The notes beneath the pieces are model-generated. The model made no database searches. It was not told where the DNA came from and was given only the letters and a program-made list of their open reading frames with translations. A stretch of 62,222 nt of DNA, counting the filler, from Chrysochromulina tobinii (taxonomy: Eukaryota): assembly GCA_001275005.1 (NCBI GenBank). It is 8 parts of 8 records of this genome, joined end to end, with 100 filler letters (N's around TTAATTAATTAA, not from the genome) between each part and the next. Parts side by side here need not be neighbours in the genome. Positions count along the whole stretch, not along the records: positions 16,288 to 28,239 come from JWZX01001153.1; positions 28,340 to 30,981 come from JWZX01001155.1; positions 31,082 to 43,673 come from JWZX01001156.1; 5 more parts are not named here. One strand, given 5' to 3'. The translations under genes and the position numbers were made by a program. Below, one piece after another: positions 23,745-36,500 of this stretch. How positions within the stretch are numbered: the first letter of the stretch is position 1; every line of letters starts with the position of its first letter.

Positions 23745-26700
23745 ATGGCGAGCAGCTCCGATACCTTGCCGCTTCTGCCAAACGGCGTGGAGCGCAGCAA
23801 CTGGAAGCCACCCAGGGAGGGGCGCGGCCCGCACAGGCCAGCCGACCGGCCAGACGAGTCAGAGGGCCGCAACTCTCTGCTCGATATAGCCAACCAGCAG
23901 CGCATAAGCTGGTGGTCGGGCGCGGTTGCAGGAGCCATCGTAGGTATATTTGTGGGTGGTGTGCTTGGTAAAGCGGTGCAGCCACTCATTTACGGCCCGA
24001 TGATACCCGCCAACCAGTGCTGCGCATGCCCTCAACCGCCGCCACAACTACCGCCTCCCTTGACACCGCCGCCGTCGAGCCCACCGCCACCGTCACCGCC
24101 GCCGCCTCGGCTGCCGCCACCTCGTACTCCGCCGTCAGTGCCGCCGCCCCTCACACCGCCAGCGTCACCGCCGCCGCCAAGCCCGCCGCCGCGGGCACCG
24201 CCGCCACTACTACCGCCGCCTTTGCAACCGCCACCGTCGAGCCCACCGCCATCGTCACCGCCGCCTCCTTCTCCGCCGCCACCTCGTACTCCGCCGTCAG
24301 TGCCGCCGCCCCTCACACCGCCAGCGTCACCGCCGCCGTCAAGCCCGCCGCCACGGGCACCGCCGCCACTACTACCGCCGCCTTTGCAACCGCCACCGTC
24401 GAGCCCACCGCCATCGTCACCACCGCCTCCATCTCCGCCGCCACAGCCGCCGCCAAGGCCGCCAAGGCCGCCGCCGCCAAGACCGCCGCCGCCGCCGCCG
24501 CCCGAGGTTGCTCTGTGCGGCACCCTCTCGGCAGACACGTTCCTCACCGCGGGTCCAGTCTGCGTTCTCACTTGCCAGGTGTTCGTTCCCTCGGGCATCG
24601 TCCTGAGTATCCAGCAGGGCGTCACCATTTACGCCTCGCCGGTGGCTGCGGATGGCGGCGGTGCGCCCGCCCTGATCATCGAGAAGGGCGGCTCTCTGCT
24701 CGCCGAGGGCTCTGCGACTGCGCCGATCACCTTCACTGCCTTCAACCCCACCGAGTCGTCCTCGTCGTCGGTGTCGAGTGACTCTTCCAGCGCGGATACC
24801 GTGCTCGAGAAGCGCGGCAAGTGGGGCGGCCTGATCCTGCTCGGCAACGCGCCGACGAATAGGGCGACCACCACGACAATCGAGGGCATCACAGCGCAAA
24901 CGTACGGCGGCACCAATCCGACCGACTCGTCGGGCTCCATGCAGTACGTGCGCGTCTGGCACGGCGGCGCGGTCGTGGGCGCGAACAACGAGATCAACGG
25001 CATCACCTTCGGCGGCGTGGGCTCCGGCACCGTCGTCGACCACTGCGAGGTGGCGTACAGTGCGGACGACGGCTTCGAGTTCTTCGGCGGCACCGTGAGC
25101 GTCAAGTACCTGTCGGTGCTCTTCGCAGGCGACGACGGCTTTGACACGGACCAGGGCTACATTGGTAAGGGCCAGTTCCTTTTCGTGATCGAGGGCCTGG
25201 GTGGCGACCACTCGATGGAGATCGACTCGGGCATCGGCTCGAATCAGGACGTGACCCCGCGCTCGCACCCTGCTTTCTACTCGTTCACCTTGATCGGCGG
25301 AGGCACCGGTACTGGCGCGCGCACGGGCGAGCTGATGCACATCAACGACGGCACGGGTGGCAAGTTCGGCAACGGCATCCTAGCTCACCCGCACTTGGAC
25401 GGCCTCCTCTTCGAGGACTGTGGCTCGATGAGCTACACGCAGACGCTTCCGGCGGCCTCGGTCAGCATTTCGAACCCCGGATACTTTTACTTCTCGGCCA
25501 ACAACATCATCGACACGGCGACTGCTTCGTCGCAGTTCGCTCTGCACACAGGCACCACCACCTCTTGCACACCCGTGGGCACGTGGACGGCTGAGTTTGG
25601 TGCCCCCGGCTTCGTTGCGGTCGCCACCACTGACCTCGCGGAGGGCTCCGCCACCTTCAACCCTCTGCCGTCCCCCACCGGCGCGGCGTGCACGGGCGCC
25701 AAGGACGTACCACCCAACGGCGACACCTTCTTCTCGGCGGTGAGCTGCAAGGGCGCGTTCGGCACCTCGACGGACAACTGGCTCGGCGGCTACTCATGGC
25801 TCGCGTGCAGCGGCAGGATGGCTGGTGCCACATGCACTTCCAGCGCTGCGAGAGCGGCCCTGACGCCGCCGTTCGTGCCGCTGCTTTCGAATGTCACCTT
25901 GCTGTCGAGCAAGTACTCTTCCAACACGGCCCTCGGCACGAAAATCTCGTACATTCTTGCCTCCCAAGTCCTCGTGTCGGCAACCCTCACGATCCCTGCT
26001 GGCACCACCTGTTTTGCGCTGCCCAACGGCGTTGCCGCTCCAGCACTCGTGGTCTTGAAGGGCGGCTCGATCAGCGCGTCGGGCACGTTCTCGATGCCGA
26101 TCACGTTCACGTCCGTGCTTGCGGAGTCGGCGCTCGTGAGCTCGGCCACCGCCGTGACGGACTCCAACGAAAACGCCATCACGCTCGGCGAGCGCGGCAA
26201 GTGGGGCGGGCTCATCCTGCTCGGCAACGCGCCGACCAACGTGGCGACCACCAAGCAGATCGAGGGCATCACCGGCCCCACCTACGGTGGCAGCAACCCG
26301 ACCGAGTCATCGGGCACCCTGCAGTACGTGCGCGTGTGGCACGGCGGCGCGATAGTGGGCGCGAACAACGAGATCAACGGCATCACTTTCGGCGGCGTCG
26401 GCTCCGGCACGACGGTCGCGTTCTGCGAGGTGGCGTACAGTGCGGACGACGGCTTCGAGTTCTTCGGCGGCACCGTGAACGTCAAGTACCTGTCGGTGCT
26501 CTTCGCGGGCGACGACGCCTTCGACACGGACGAGGGCTACGTGGGCAAGGGCCAGTTCCTGTTCGCGATGCTCGGCGCTGTGGGCAACCACGGCGCAGAG
26601 ATGAACTCTCTGTATGGGAGCATGCCACGCTCGCACCCGGCCTTTAACGGCATGACCATCGTGGGCGCCGGCGCCCTCTCGACGCGCGTGAGCAACGCGA

Positions 26701-28239
26701 TGATGTGCCTGCGCAAGGGCACGGGCGGCAAGTTCGGCAACTTGATCCTCGCCAATGTCGCGACGCACCCTGGCATCCGCATCGATACCTGCAGTCACAG
26801 CGGCAGCGCCGCGCCCTCCATTGTGTCAGTGCTGCCAGCGGCATCGGTGTCGCTGGGCACGTACCTGTTCTTCTCTTCGAACAACATTATCGAGAGCCCC
26901 ACCGTCGGCTTCGTAATTGTGCCGCCATGCACCGGCACGGCGCCGGCCTTTGTGAACACGGATCCGCTCATGTCAGGAGGCACGTTCATTGAGACCAGCA
27001 CGGTTCCGATCGAGCCGCGCCCCGCGTGCGGCTCGGCCGCGTACTCCAGCGTTGACCCGGTGCCCAACGGCGACTCCTTCTTCAGTGCGACCACGTACAA
27101 GGGCGCGTTCGGCAGCGTCAACTGGCTCGATGGCTGGTCGTTCTTCAACCTACTCAACCGTCGAGGCTTTGTCAACGCCAGCTTCACCTGCCCCCCGCTG
27201 CCGCCGCCGCCGCCCTCGCCCTCACCGCCGCTGGCACCTTCGCCCTCGTCACCGCCGCCGCCAAGCCCGCCACCGCGGGCACCGCCGCCACTACTACCGC
27301 CGCCTTTGCAACCGCCACCGTCGAGCCCACCGCCATCGTCACCACCGCCTCCTTCTCCGACGCCACCTCGTACTCCGCCGTCAGTGCCGCCGCCCCTCAC
27401 ACCACCAGCAACACCACGACCTGTGCTGCCGCCATCCCCTGTGCGGCCGCCACCCCGGACTCCTGAACCCCCTAGAACTCCGCCCCCCCCTGTGCTGCCG
27501 CCACCCCGGACTCCGCCCCCACCTGAAACTCCGCCTCCACTGCGTCCTCCGCCTCCGCTGCGTCCTCCGTCGCTGCCTCCACCAGTGCCATCGCCGCCAC
27601 CTCCATCGCCGCTGCCTCCACCTCCATCTCCAGCGCTACCGCCTCCACTATCACCGCGTCCTCTGTCGCCCCCGCCACCGCGGTTGCCGCCTCTGTCACC
27701 GCCTCCACTTCCGCCGCCGCCACCTGCTATGCCGTCGCCGCCACTGCCACCACCACCGCTCATACCACCACCTCCGCCGTCGCCCTCTCCTCCACGGGCA
27801 CCTTCGCCGCAGCCACTGCCACCACCGCCGCCGCCGCCGACTCCACCGCCGCCGCCATCGCCGCTGCCGCCGTGCCCACCGTTAAACCCGCCACCGCCAG
27901 ACCCACCGCCACCACCTGAGCCGATGCCGCCATCGCCGATGCCACCAGGGCTGCCGCCCCATCCACCACACGCTCCCAGCTTTTTGAACGTCATGAGCTC
28001 CGAGTTCGATTGGATCCTGCAGAAAGCAATGGGCATGGGTTCAATTATTCTATTGCTAATCCTATTGCTTGCCTTTGGATGTCTTTGTCATTCGGTCATT
28101 TCCTTGTGTTGCGTATGGTTGAAGACCTACTGCAACTGGGCGGAGGAGAAAAAGAAGAGCCCGAGCCCGGAGGAGAAAAAGAAGAGCCCGAGCCCGGAGG
28201 AGAAAATGAAGAGCCCGGAGGAGAAAAAGGAGGAGAAAA
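23745..28239 (+). CDS. Membrane-anchored surface protein: TM, Pro-rich stalk, two bacterial-type beta-helix domains, Pro-rich stalk, TM; 3'-truncated
   Basis: GKWGGLILLGNAP...SSG.(M/L)QYVRVWHGG...NEINGITFGGVGSGT...DDGFEFFGGTV occurs twice. Hydrophobic segments GAVAGAIVGIFVGGVLG and IILLLILLLAFGCLC; C-terminal EEKKKSPSP repeats. Confidence 0.85.
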
Positions 28240-28339
28240 NNNNNNNNNNNNNNNNNNNNNNNNNNNNNNNNNNNNNNNNNNNNTTAATTAATTAANNNNN
28301 NNNNNNNNNNNNNNNNNNNNNNNNNNNNNNNNNNNNNNN

Positions 28340-28422
28340 CCCTAACCCTAACCCTAACCCTAACCCTAACCCTAACCCTAACCCGAACCCTAACCCTAAC
28401 CCTAACCCTAACCCTAACCCTA

Positions 28423-28454
<32 letters not shown>

Positions 28455-28456
28455 CC
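28340..28456. repeat. Telomeric repeat (CCCTAA)n grading into CCCTCA
   Basis: About 14 CCCTAA units (one CCCGAA) then 5 CCCTCA at the contig start, C-rich strand oriented as expected at a chromosome end. Confidence 0.95.
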
Positions 28457-29605
28457 ACTGCGCTCCTTGACCTTCGCTGCACACTTGGCGCTCGTTGCGC
28501 CGCGCCTCCGTCATCGCCTTGTTCTTCTTCTTCTTCTTCTTCTCAATCGGCCGCCTTGCGCCACGCGTCTTGCAGGCGCTTTGAGGCCGCTTGCTGTACG
28601 CGCGCTCTATGCGTGCGAACGAGTAGACCTTGGGACCAACGGATGCGTCCTCGAAGGCGTTGGGTTCGGGTTAGCATCGGCCGAGACGAGGGCGCAACAC
28701 GTACCTGTACGGACGCTTTCGTCGAGCATTTATCTTGGTTCGAAAAATGGACAGGGAATGGACAAATTCACAGTCACTCCCTTCCACCGCCTTCGCCGCC
28801 GCTGTCCTCGCCCTGCCGCCGTCCCCGCCGCCGCCCTCGTTGCTTCCGCCCACGCCGCCGCCGCTCTCGCCGCCGCCGCCCTCGCCGCCGGCGAGCTTCA
28901 CTGCCGTGTGGTCAGGTGTGATCGATTTCTGTTCGAACGTGCCCGAAATCGCCCTCGGGTGGCCGCTGCTCGTCGAGAATCGGCCTTGTGAGGCACGGGC
29001 TGTGCCTGAGCCCTGCTACCACGCAGCGAGAGTGTGATAAAAAGTCATGACTTCGGATGGACTCGATTGTAAGCTATCTTATGTGGGTGCGTTGAGGGTC
29101 CTGATGGCACCGACGCTGTGATCGGTATCGAGCGAGTCTGACACATGGGTATGCTGTTTGCTGCATGAGTGTCGACTCCTGCCGGTAACGTTGATTCTTG
29201 ATATTTTTCCCTCCTTATATTCATTGAATATCTTTACTAAATATTCTTTTGCTGGTGAGCTTCTGGGACGTCGCACTGGCGCACGGACAGACAGACACAC
29301 GGACAGAAAATCGGGCTCCACCGCAAATTCCTATCGTTTCGCGCACGCGCTCATTTCACGCTGGCGGTTAATCTCTGAGGCTTCCCTCCCGGTATTCAGA
29401 CGAAACCGGGGGTGGGGAAGAATATACCCTACTCAGAGTTGTGAATGCGCCGTGGGGATGGACATGGGAGCAGGGAACACCAGCCCTTGCCCCTTGGCCC
29501 CTGGCCCCTGCGGAATCGGGAAAGTTGATACAGGAATGTATTCGCCCCTCTATTTTTTCTTCCCCCACTTCTTTTTCTTTCCCCTACTATTTGACGAACT
29601 CCGTC

Positions 29606-29690
29606 CGGACCATCGTCGGACGTGTCTTGAAACCACCGTCGCGGTTTCAAGACACCTGACCATCGTCAGTGTCTTGAAACCACCGTCGCG
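29606..29690. repeat. 13-bp-stem hairpin with an adjacent direct repeat
   Basis: gtgtcttgaaacc (29622-29634) pairs with ggtttcaagacac (29643-29655); the left half is repeated at 29658-29690. Confidence 0.85.
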
Positions 29691-29724
29691 CTCGTGCTGC
29701 GATGATGCAGAGCCTTACTCGCAA

Positions 29725-29880
29725 CAGTGCTCAGCGTGCTCATCGTGCTCTCCTCTCGAGATCATTGTGCTCATTGTGCTCAGTGTGCTCAGTGAGCTCA
29801 GTGAGCTCAGCATGCTCGGCGTGCTCAGCATGCTCGGCTTGCTCAGCTTGCTCGTGCTCATTGTGCTCATCGTGCTAGAC
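29725..29880. repeat. Degenerate 9-bp microsatellite (gtgctca..)
   Basis: tgctc/agctc recurs with 9-nt periodicity. Confidence 0.8.
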
Positions 29881-30076
29881 CAGCTCGTTGCGCGCGGACG
29901 TCGCCGATGATGCCAACAAAGAATGGCGCGATGTCGTCCACCATCGATGGCGTATCGAGTGCCGTCGATCGACGCACTGGCCGCTGAGGACGAGCGCGCT
30001 TGCTCAGGCCATCATCACTTAGCGAGGGGTGCTATGTCCTATGAGCGGGCTCCGCTTGTCTTCTTTTTTCGGGTTC

Positions 30077-30126
30077 GCGAAACCACCTATGCGAGGGTTC
30101 ATGAACCCTCGCATAGGTGGTTTCGC
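30077..30126. repeat. Perfect 50-bp palindrome without spacer
   Basis: gcgaaaccacctatgcgagggttca|tgaaccctcgcataggtggtttcgc. Confidence 0.95.
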
Positions 30127-30699
30127 CTTTTGAAAGGATGACGTGGCTGATTGCCCTTCTCATCAAGCGGTTTTAATGGGTGGCTGTGGAGGGTTTGTGG
30201 ACTTGGTGCCAGCGGTTATCCTGTGGTACTATGGTAGCACCGAGTTAGGCTGAGAGAGAGGCTGAGAGAGAGGGACCCTTCGGTATGAACATGGCTCCGA
30301 AACCACTTTCCCAAACCTTATGATGATGCTCGGGATGGCCAAATCCAAAATGGACTTCAATGACCACCCCTCACTTCCATGACTATCCCTGGGATTCCCT
30401 GTGACGTCTATGTGACGTCAGCATGACGTCGGTTTCCCGTGGGCTGGATGGGTCGCGGTTTTTTTGTATTCACAGTGAACGAGAAAGGCCGCAGTCGCCG
30501 CGCCCGCCGCAGGGTCGCCGCGCGCCCGCCGCCATCGCCGCGGTGGGAGCTGTGCTCATGCGCCCTCCGGCCTCCACCCTTTCTCGAGCTGGAATGGTCG
30601 TGCGTGGGAGCATCATCGTGGCGCTGGCGCTCGCCTCCGCCTGCTGGAGCCGCTGCATCATGTTCCTCACCGGCGCTTCGCCACTCGACGGCGCTGCTG

Positions 30700-30981
30700 G
30701 CCGCGCGATCCCCTCTGCACTTCATTGGCGCAGGCAACACGTGGGAGGGCAAGCGCGTGCACCCCTTGATGGTCTGCCTGTGAAGGCACGCAGCCTTGCT
30801 GGCCGCTAGTCTGAGCGAGGAGCAGGCTGCAGATGCTTATGCCAAGCACCGCGAGCTGGCGGTGATCGCCGACATGATCCACGACGACGTGCTCGATGGC
30901 GCCGACACACGACGCTGAGGCTCCGCCGTCAACTTGTTCTTTTCGATGAAGGCGGCCGTGCTCTCCGGCAACTTCTTGCTC
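30700..30981 (+). pseudogene. Trans-polyprenyl (solanesyl/decaprenyl) diphosphate synthase pseudogene fragment
   Basis: GKRVHPLMVCL* then ELAVIADMIHDDVLDGADTRR*GSAVNLFFSMKAAVLSGNFLL: first DDxxD motif present, in-frame stops, and the usual xASLxH segment is missing. Confidence 0.85.
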
Positions 30982-31081
30982 NNNNNNNNNNNNNNNNNNN
31001 NNNNNNNNNNNNNNNNNNNNNNNNNTTAATTAATTAANNNNNNNNNNNNNNNNNNNNNNNNNNNNNNNNNNNNNNNNNNNN

Positions 31082-33201
31082 ACTGTGCCATCTACGCCTT
31101 CTCCATCACGAGGGATGCCCTGGAGCGCGTCATGGAGCTGATGGATGGTGATGCGGCGGTCGATCTCCTTGGCGAACGCTCCCTGATCTTCGACTACTCG
31201 CCGCAGTCCACACGGTACCGTCTTTACCTGGCGGGTGCTGGGGGCGAGGCGCTCTTTGAGCAGGACCACGTCCGGCAGAACTTCGCCGACGCTCTCGAGA
31301 CGAACCCCAACACGATGACGATCTCCCCTGTCCGGGATATTCCTCTCAAGCATGGTAACGTCGTGTGCTTGGAGATCGACTGGTCCCCAACGTCGTACGA
31401 GCGCATCCTCGAGCTGACTACCCAGGGCTTCGTACGCATCGCTCACCCCACCAAGCTGCACCTCAACGGCACCAAAGTGGCTGTCGCTCAGTCCATCGAC
31501 GATCTACAGCAAATGTATGGCTACAATATTACTCGCGCCATCGGCTCTACTGCTACCGACGGTGGAAACGAGGTTGGTGCTGCGCCTCTGCGTATTGCAC
31601 CGCAGACGCTTCGCCTCACGGCTGCGTATGTATCTGGAGCCACCGGACCCTACCCGTCCTGGGCTGCGCCACCGTCGACCCAGCCACCAGGATCGCAGCC
31701 GCCACCGTCCACCCTGCCCCCCGCCACTACGCAAGGCGTGGTACCATCGACGGCGCCGCCGCCCGCGCAGGTCTCCCCCGCCGGGGTCGGGGAACTGAAC
31801 GCTAGCTACAGGCAGTTCAGACTTCACCAAGAGCAATTTCGTGCGTGGTTGGCGACCCAGCCGTCCAACCAGGAGGCAAGCGCTGGCGTGCATACCGCTA
31901 GTGACCGGTCCGATATGGAGGTCGTTACGGCGGAGGCCGCGCCTCCTACCCCGGGCGCCCAATGGAACGTCGACGCCTGGCTGGACGGCGCCGCTCGCGA
32001 AGCCGCTGTCGCCAGTGGCTCGCCACTGACGAGTGGTGCTTCTGGTGCTCCATCTTCTGCGGACGTTACGGGAGGTAGCCAGCTGCGCCACCCGCGTCCG
32101 CACCCTCTGCCCTCCTTTCCTCCCGGACTCCTTCATCGCCCCTCTTCCATCTCGCCGTCTCATCCTCTTCAACCCGCCCTTCCTCCACGTGTGCAGCCGC
32201 CTGATGGGCGTGGTCGTCTGGGCCGCGTTTCCGCCATGGGCGATGCGCTCCGGTGTGGCACCTCGGGTCCTTCCTGCGACGTCCGTGCTCCCCTTCTTGC
32301 GGAGTGCGCGACCCGGTTGGATGCCATGAGGGCAAGGGAAGAGAGGGGAGATCATGGAGAGCTCGAGAGCGAGCCGACGCATACAGCCCTCGAGGCTGCG
32401 GTCGGATGTGAAATACCAGGGATAGGCAGTGTGTCAGTTCATGCCGTCGTCGCTAGTGATCATCAGAACGACGTCAGGGGCGTCGGCGGGGCGGGACGGC
32501 CGGGCGGGCTGGGCGGGGCTGAGTCTATTGGCTTGGCGAGGCTTGGCGGGCTAGGCGAGGCTGCGCCTTTCAGCGGGCCACACATGACGGGGGTGTATGC
32601 ATCTTCGGCACAGCATGGGGAAGCGCCTTTGGACGTGGAGCTTGGGGCCGGCCGGCAGGGCATCGGCATGGCACTGCTCGGCATTGGGCGGCCGGACGGG
32701 ACTTCGCCCGATGGCAGGCGCGGCGTGGCTGGGACTGGGATGGACGCGCCTATGGTGCTGCCTATTGCAGCACCTCAGGTTGCCGGGCTTGGGGCCGACC
32801 CGTGGCGCGTGGGGCATCGGCGCGGCACCGCCTGGCGGCGGAATGGGGGCCGAGTTCGGGGCCGCCTGGCAGGGCGTGGCACTGCTCGGCGGGGGGCTGG
32901 CGCTTGGCGGCGCTTTCGTGCTCGGGGGCGACGTCGGTGTCGACCCATCGTCTCTGTCCATGTGGTGGGGTGCTCATCGAGAATCTTTTTGGGACAACAC
33001 CCGCGGGATTCACTCCTACCTTGGCGTCACGTATGCGTCTTGCTCCTATGCGTCTTGCTCCTCGCGCGTGCGGCGCAAGCGACGCGCTTGGGGAGACGGG
33101 GCGAGCGTTCTGACTCGTGCACTGGTCAGCGATGTCGTACACGTGGCTCCTACTGTTGCTGCGACCGATTGTGCCGTTGCTTCCGTTGGCGCCATTGCTG
33201 A
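31082..33201 (+). CDS. Upstream ORF (ORF1-like) of the retrotransposon, 5'-partial
   Basis: Frame is open from the contig start; globular-looking N-terminal part followed by low complexity. No domain recognised. Confidence 0.55.
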
Positions 33202-33555
33202 CGCTGACGGCGCCGCTGCTCTCGCCGATACCACCGACGCCGTTCTCCCTGTCGTCCTCGTTTCTGCCGACACTTGTCACGGCGTTATTGCTGTCTATTT
33301 TGCTGCTGTCTATCTTGCTGCTGCCGTCTATTTTGCTGCGGCCGTCTATTTTGCTGCGGTCTATCCTGCTGTTGCTGTCTATTTTGCTGCTGTTTTCTCC
33401 ACCACCACACGTATCGCCGCTCCTTCTACCACACGTCGTTCCCTTCGCTGCCGTGGAGCTGGCGACACGAGCGGTGTACGCGATGAGGTGCCCTCTCCGC
33501 GTTTCTACCGCGTTTCTCTCCCTTTCCTCGCCACGCCTGCGCCGAGGTTGATCGA

Positions 33556-36500
33556 TTGGCACTGTCTGCTCTTCAACGCAATTATCCCGGCCTTGCCCCG
33601 TCTCGCCTTCGACGGATTTGGAGTCGCCTTGCTGGGAATGCGCAATTCCGCGGGTATCAGGTTGGATGGGCTGTCGTTCGAGGACACGGGAGCGACCCGC
33701 TGATCGCCGTCGCCAAACTTCTCGTGTCTTCCCGGGAAGTGTGGGTAGATGAACTCGCTGCTACACGAGATGGCTCGGCTGCGGCGCGCTGGGCTCTCTT
33801 GTCGGCACTCGAATCCGCGCTCGAGCTGCGCCTCACCGCTCCCGAGGCTGTTGTCCGCCTGCGTGTGGCTCTCGCACCCTCTCGAGACTCGCGAGGTGCG
33901 CACGGCATGTACCGTAACCAACTGCACCTCCGCGACGGCGTACCAGAGCTCCCCGGGCCGTGGCAGCACGATTGTACTGAACCTGGATACGTTCTCATGC
34001 ATGGACTGGTTGGCGAGCTCGTTGCTCGCCTCTGCGTGGTACTATCTTCGAGACCTAATGCTCCGGGGACGCAATTCTACTGGCGCACGTCGTGCTCGAT
34101 TCCCGCTGCTTTCTCGCTTGCCTTTGCGTCCACAGCTTCTCTTCTTGCTCCTATCGGTACCGCTGCTTCGCCCGATGGGGCTGCTGCTTCATGCACGCCT
34201 CCTGATGCCGCGCCGTGCGACGCTCTCGACCGGAGTGTGCTTGTACCTCTTTCATCCGTCACTCCATCCGCACCTGCTGGTTCTTCTCGTCCACCATTCG
34301 ATGTTGATCCTGCTGCTGGTCTCCTCACTCCACCGCCCCGAGGGCGCTCTGGCACGGCATGGGAAGATGAGGGCGCGCTCCTTCACGCCATTGTCGCTGC
34401 AAGCTGCGAACCTTCTTCCGCGTGCCACGCACCGCCCACTGATGACGACCCAACCGACGTACGTCCGCCGCCGCCTCCTCTCTCACCGTCCCTTCCACGT
34501 CTTCGCTTCGACACCCTGCCTTCCTCCCACCCGTCGACTCCCACCGTCGATCCTGCGCCCTCCACGTCCACCGGTACTCAGGCGCTGGTCGCGCCCCTGC
34601 TGCCCTCTGCGCCGGTGCTGCCTCCTCGCGGCGAGTCTCTCCTTGTATGGAACGCGGCCGGGTGGTGGTGCGGAGACAGCGAGTCGGGCTCCGACGAGCA
34701 CCAGGCTATCGTTGCCTCTCGATATGACGTGCTTAACCCTTTGCTTCGCGGACGCGACGCGCCGACGTACATCGTGCTCAACGAGATCAGCGGATCCATG
34801 CGAGATTCGGCTCATCCGCGTGGTCTTGGTGCGTGGCTTCGTGCGGCCGGGTATGGCCACTTCTTTTATCCGGGGGGGTCGACTACGCGACAGCGCAGCG
34901 ATGGGTCCACAGGGGCCACTGGCGGCGTCCTCCTCGCGTGGATGCGCAGCGAGACGAGCGCGTGCGGCTCGCCCCACTTTGATCCTAAGTCCATGACGAT
35001 CGCTCTCGACTTTCGCCATCGGAGCTGTGCGCGAGACGCTCCACCTATGCGACTGCTCGCCGTCTACGGGGCGCATCGGCGGAACGGACGGGAGCAGGCG
35101 CTTCGAGCCATCACTCGGCACGTTACGCAGACTCGGGGGTGCCTGGTCGCGGGCGATCTCAACGTTGTTCCTAGTTCTACGTGGAAATGCCGCGCTCGGC
35201 GAATGACCGTCGCCGACGAGGAATTTGCTGCCCTTACGGACGGCGGCGCACTTCTGGATGCCGGTACATCGATGGTCCATATTGTTGATCTTGGTCTCGA
35301 TCACGATCGTGGACAGTTTTCTCGGGCGCACTGGACGGCGACTCTTGCTGATGGGTCGCCACAGGGCACGGCGACACTCGATCATGTTCTCACCGCGGGC
35401 TTGGAGCGTGGTCGGTGGCAGCGCCGTGCGGCATGGTATGCCTTTGGTGACGATGGCAAGCTCCTATCGGATCACATGGTCATTGTCGTGGACCGTGCCT
35501 CTCGCTCGGTTACCTCTGACGACCGCGGCGTGCATCGGCCGCCGCGCTTTCTGGTGAGCCGATGGTCCGGGCGCCAGCGAGCTGCCTTCATCGCCTCTTT
35601 TGAGCGCAATCTACAACAGCTGCGTGCTGGCGCGTGGCGCGCCTGCCCGGGGGAGGCTCGACAATCTCTCGCCGAGGGTGCTACGGCTATCACTCAACTG
35701 GTGTCTCTTCTGAATGTCGCCGCCCTCGCCGCGGAGGGCTCCGTGCGGAGCGATCCTCGAGGCGATCGGCTTCGTCGTGTGCATGACGGTGGAGGCGGCC
35801 TTCAAGGGGTTAAGGCGCAGCTCCAACGCCAGCAAGGCATTCTACGGCGTGTTAGAGTTGCCCGTCTCGCCGTCGAGCATGCTGCTGCATCGCTCGCGGC
35901 CTTGCGACACGATGTGCTCGCTCATCTCCGTCTTCGCGCGGAACTTCAACTACAGAGCGCCTTGGCCACCGAGCGGGCGCTTTATACACCCACCTCGGCC
36001 ACGTACCTTGCTCGCCACGACCGTAGCCTCCATCGTGCTCTGCTCAGGCCGTATCTTGGACCGCCCGATCAAGCTGCTGCCGTGCGCTCGTCTGCGGCCG
36101 CCTCTCGGCTTCTTCGCGACATTACCTACTACAGCCATCAACTTCGAAAGCTTGAGCGACGGGCCGATCGCCCGATCTGGCAGGGGATTGCCGATGCGAT
36201 GGCGGGTGGCGGGCGCGACGCCATCGTTGCTGCGATGAGGCGGCCGACGCAGCGCGATGGTTCCCACGGCGGCATTATGGGCTTGTACCGCAATGACCAG
36301 CCGATGGTCAACCGCAACGGCGCTCAAGTTCCAGGCGAATGGATTAGCGAACCCTCGGCGGTACGGGCGGAAGCGGGCGCCATCTACCGACACATCGATG
36401 ATGCCAACTTTGGTGCTGGTACCGTGGACGCTCGCGTGATTGGGTTTCACAACGCCCTGTGTCAGCCCCCGTGGCCCGAGCTTCCCGGCCACGACGGTTC

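Noticed and set aside
28284..28514. VRVRVR ORF
   Set aside because: Translation of the telomeric repeat.
29158..29910. 250-aa subtelomeric ORF
   Set aside because: Largely composed of microsatellite and hairpin sequence.
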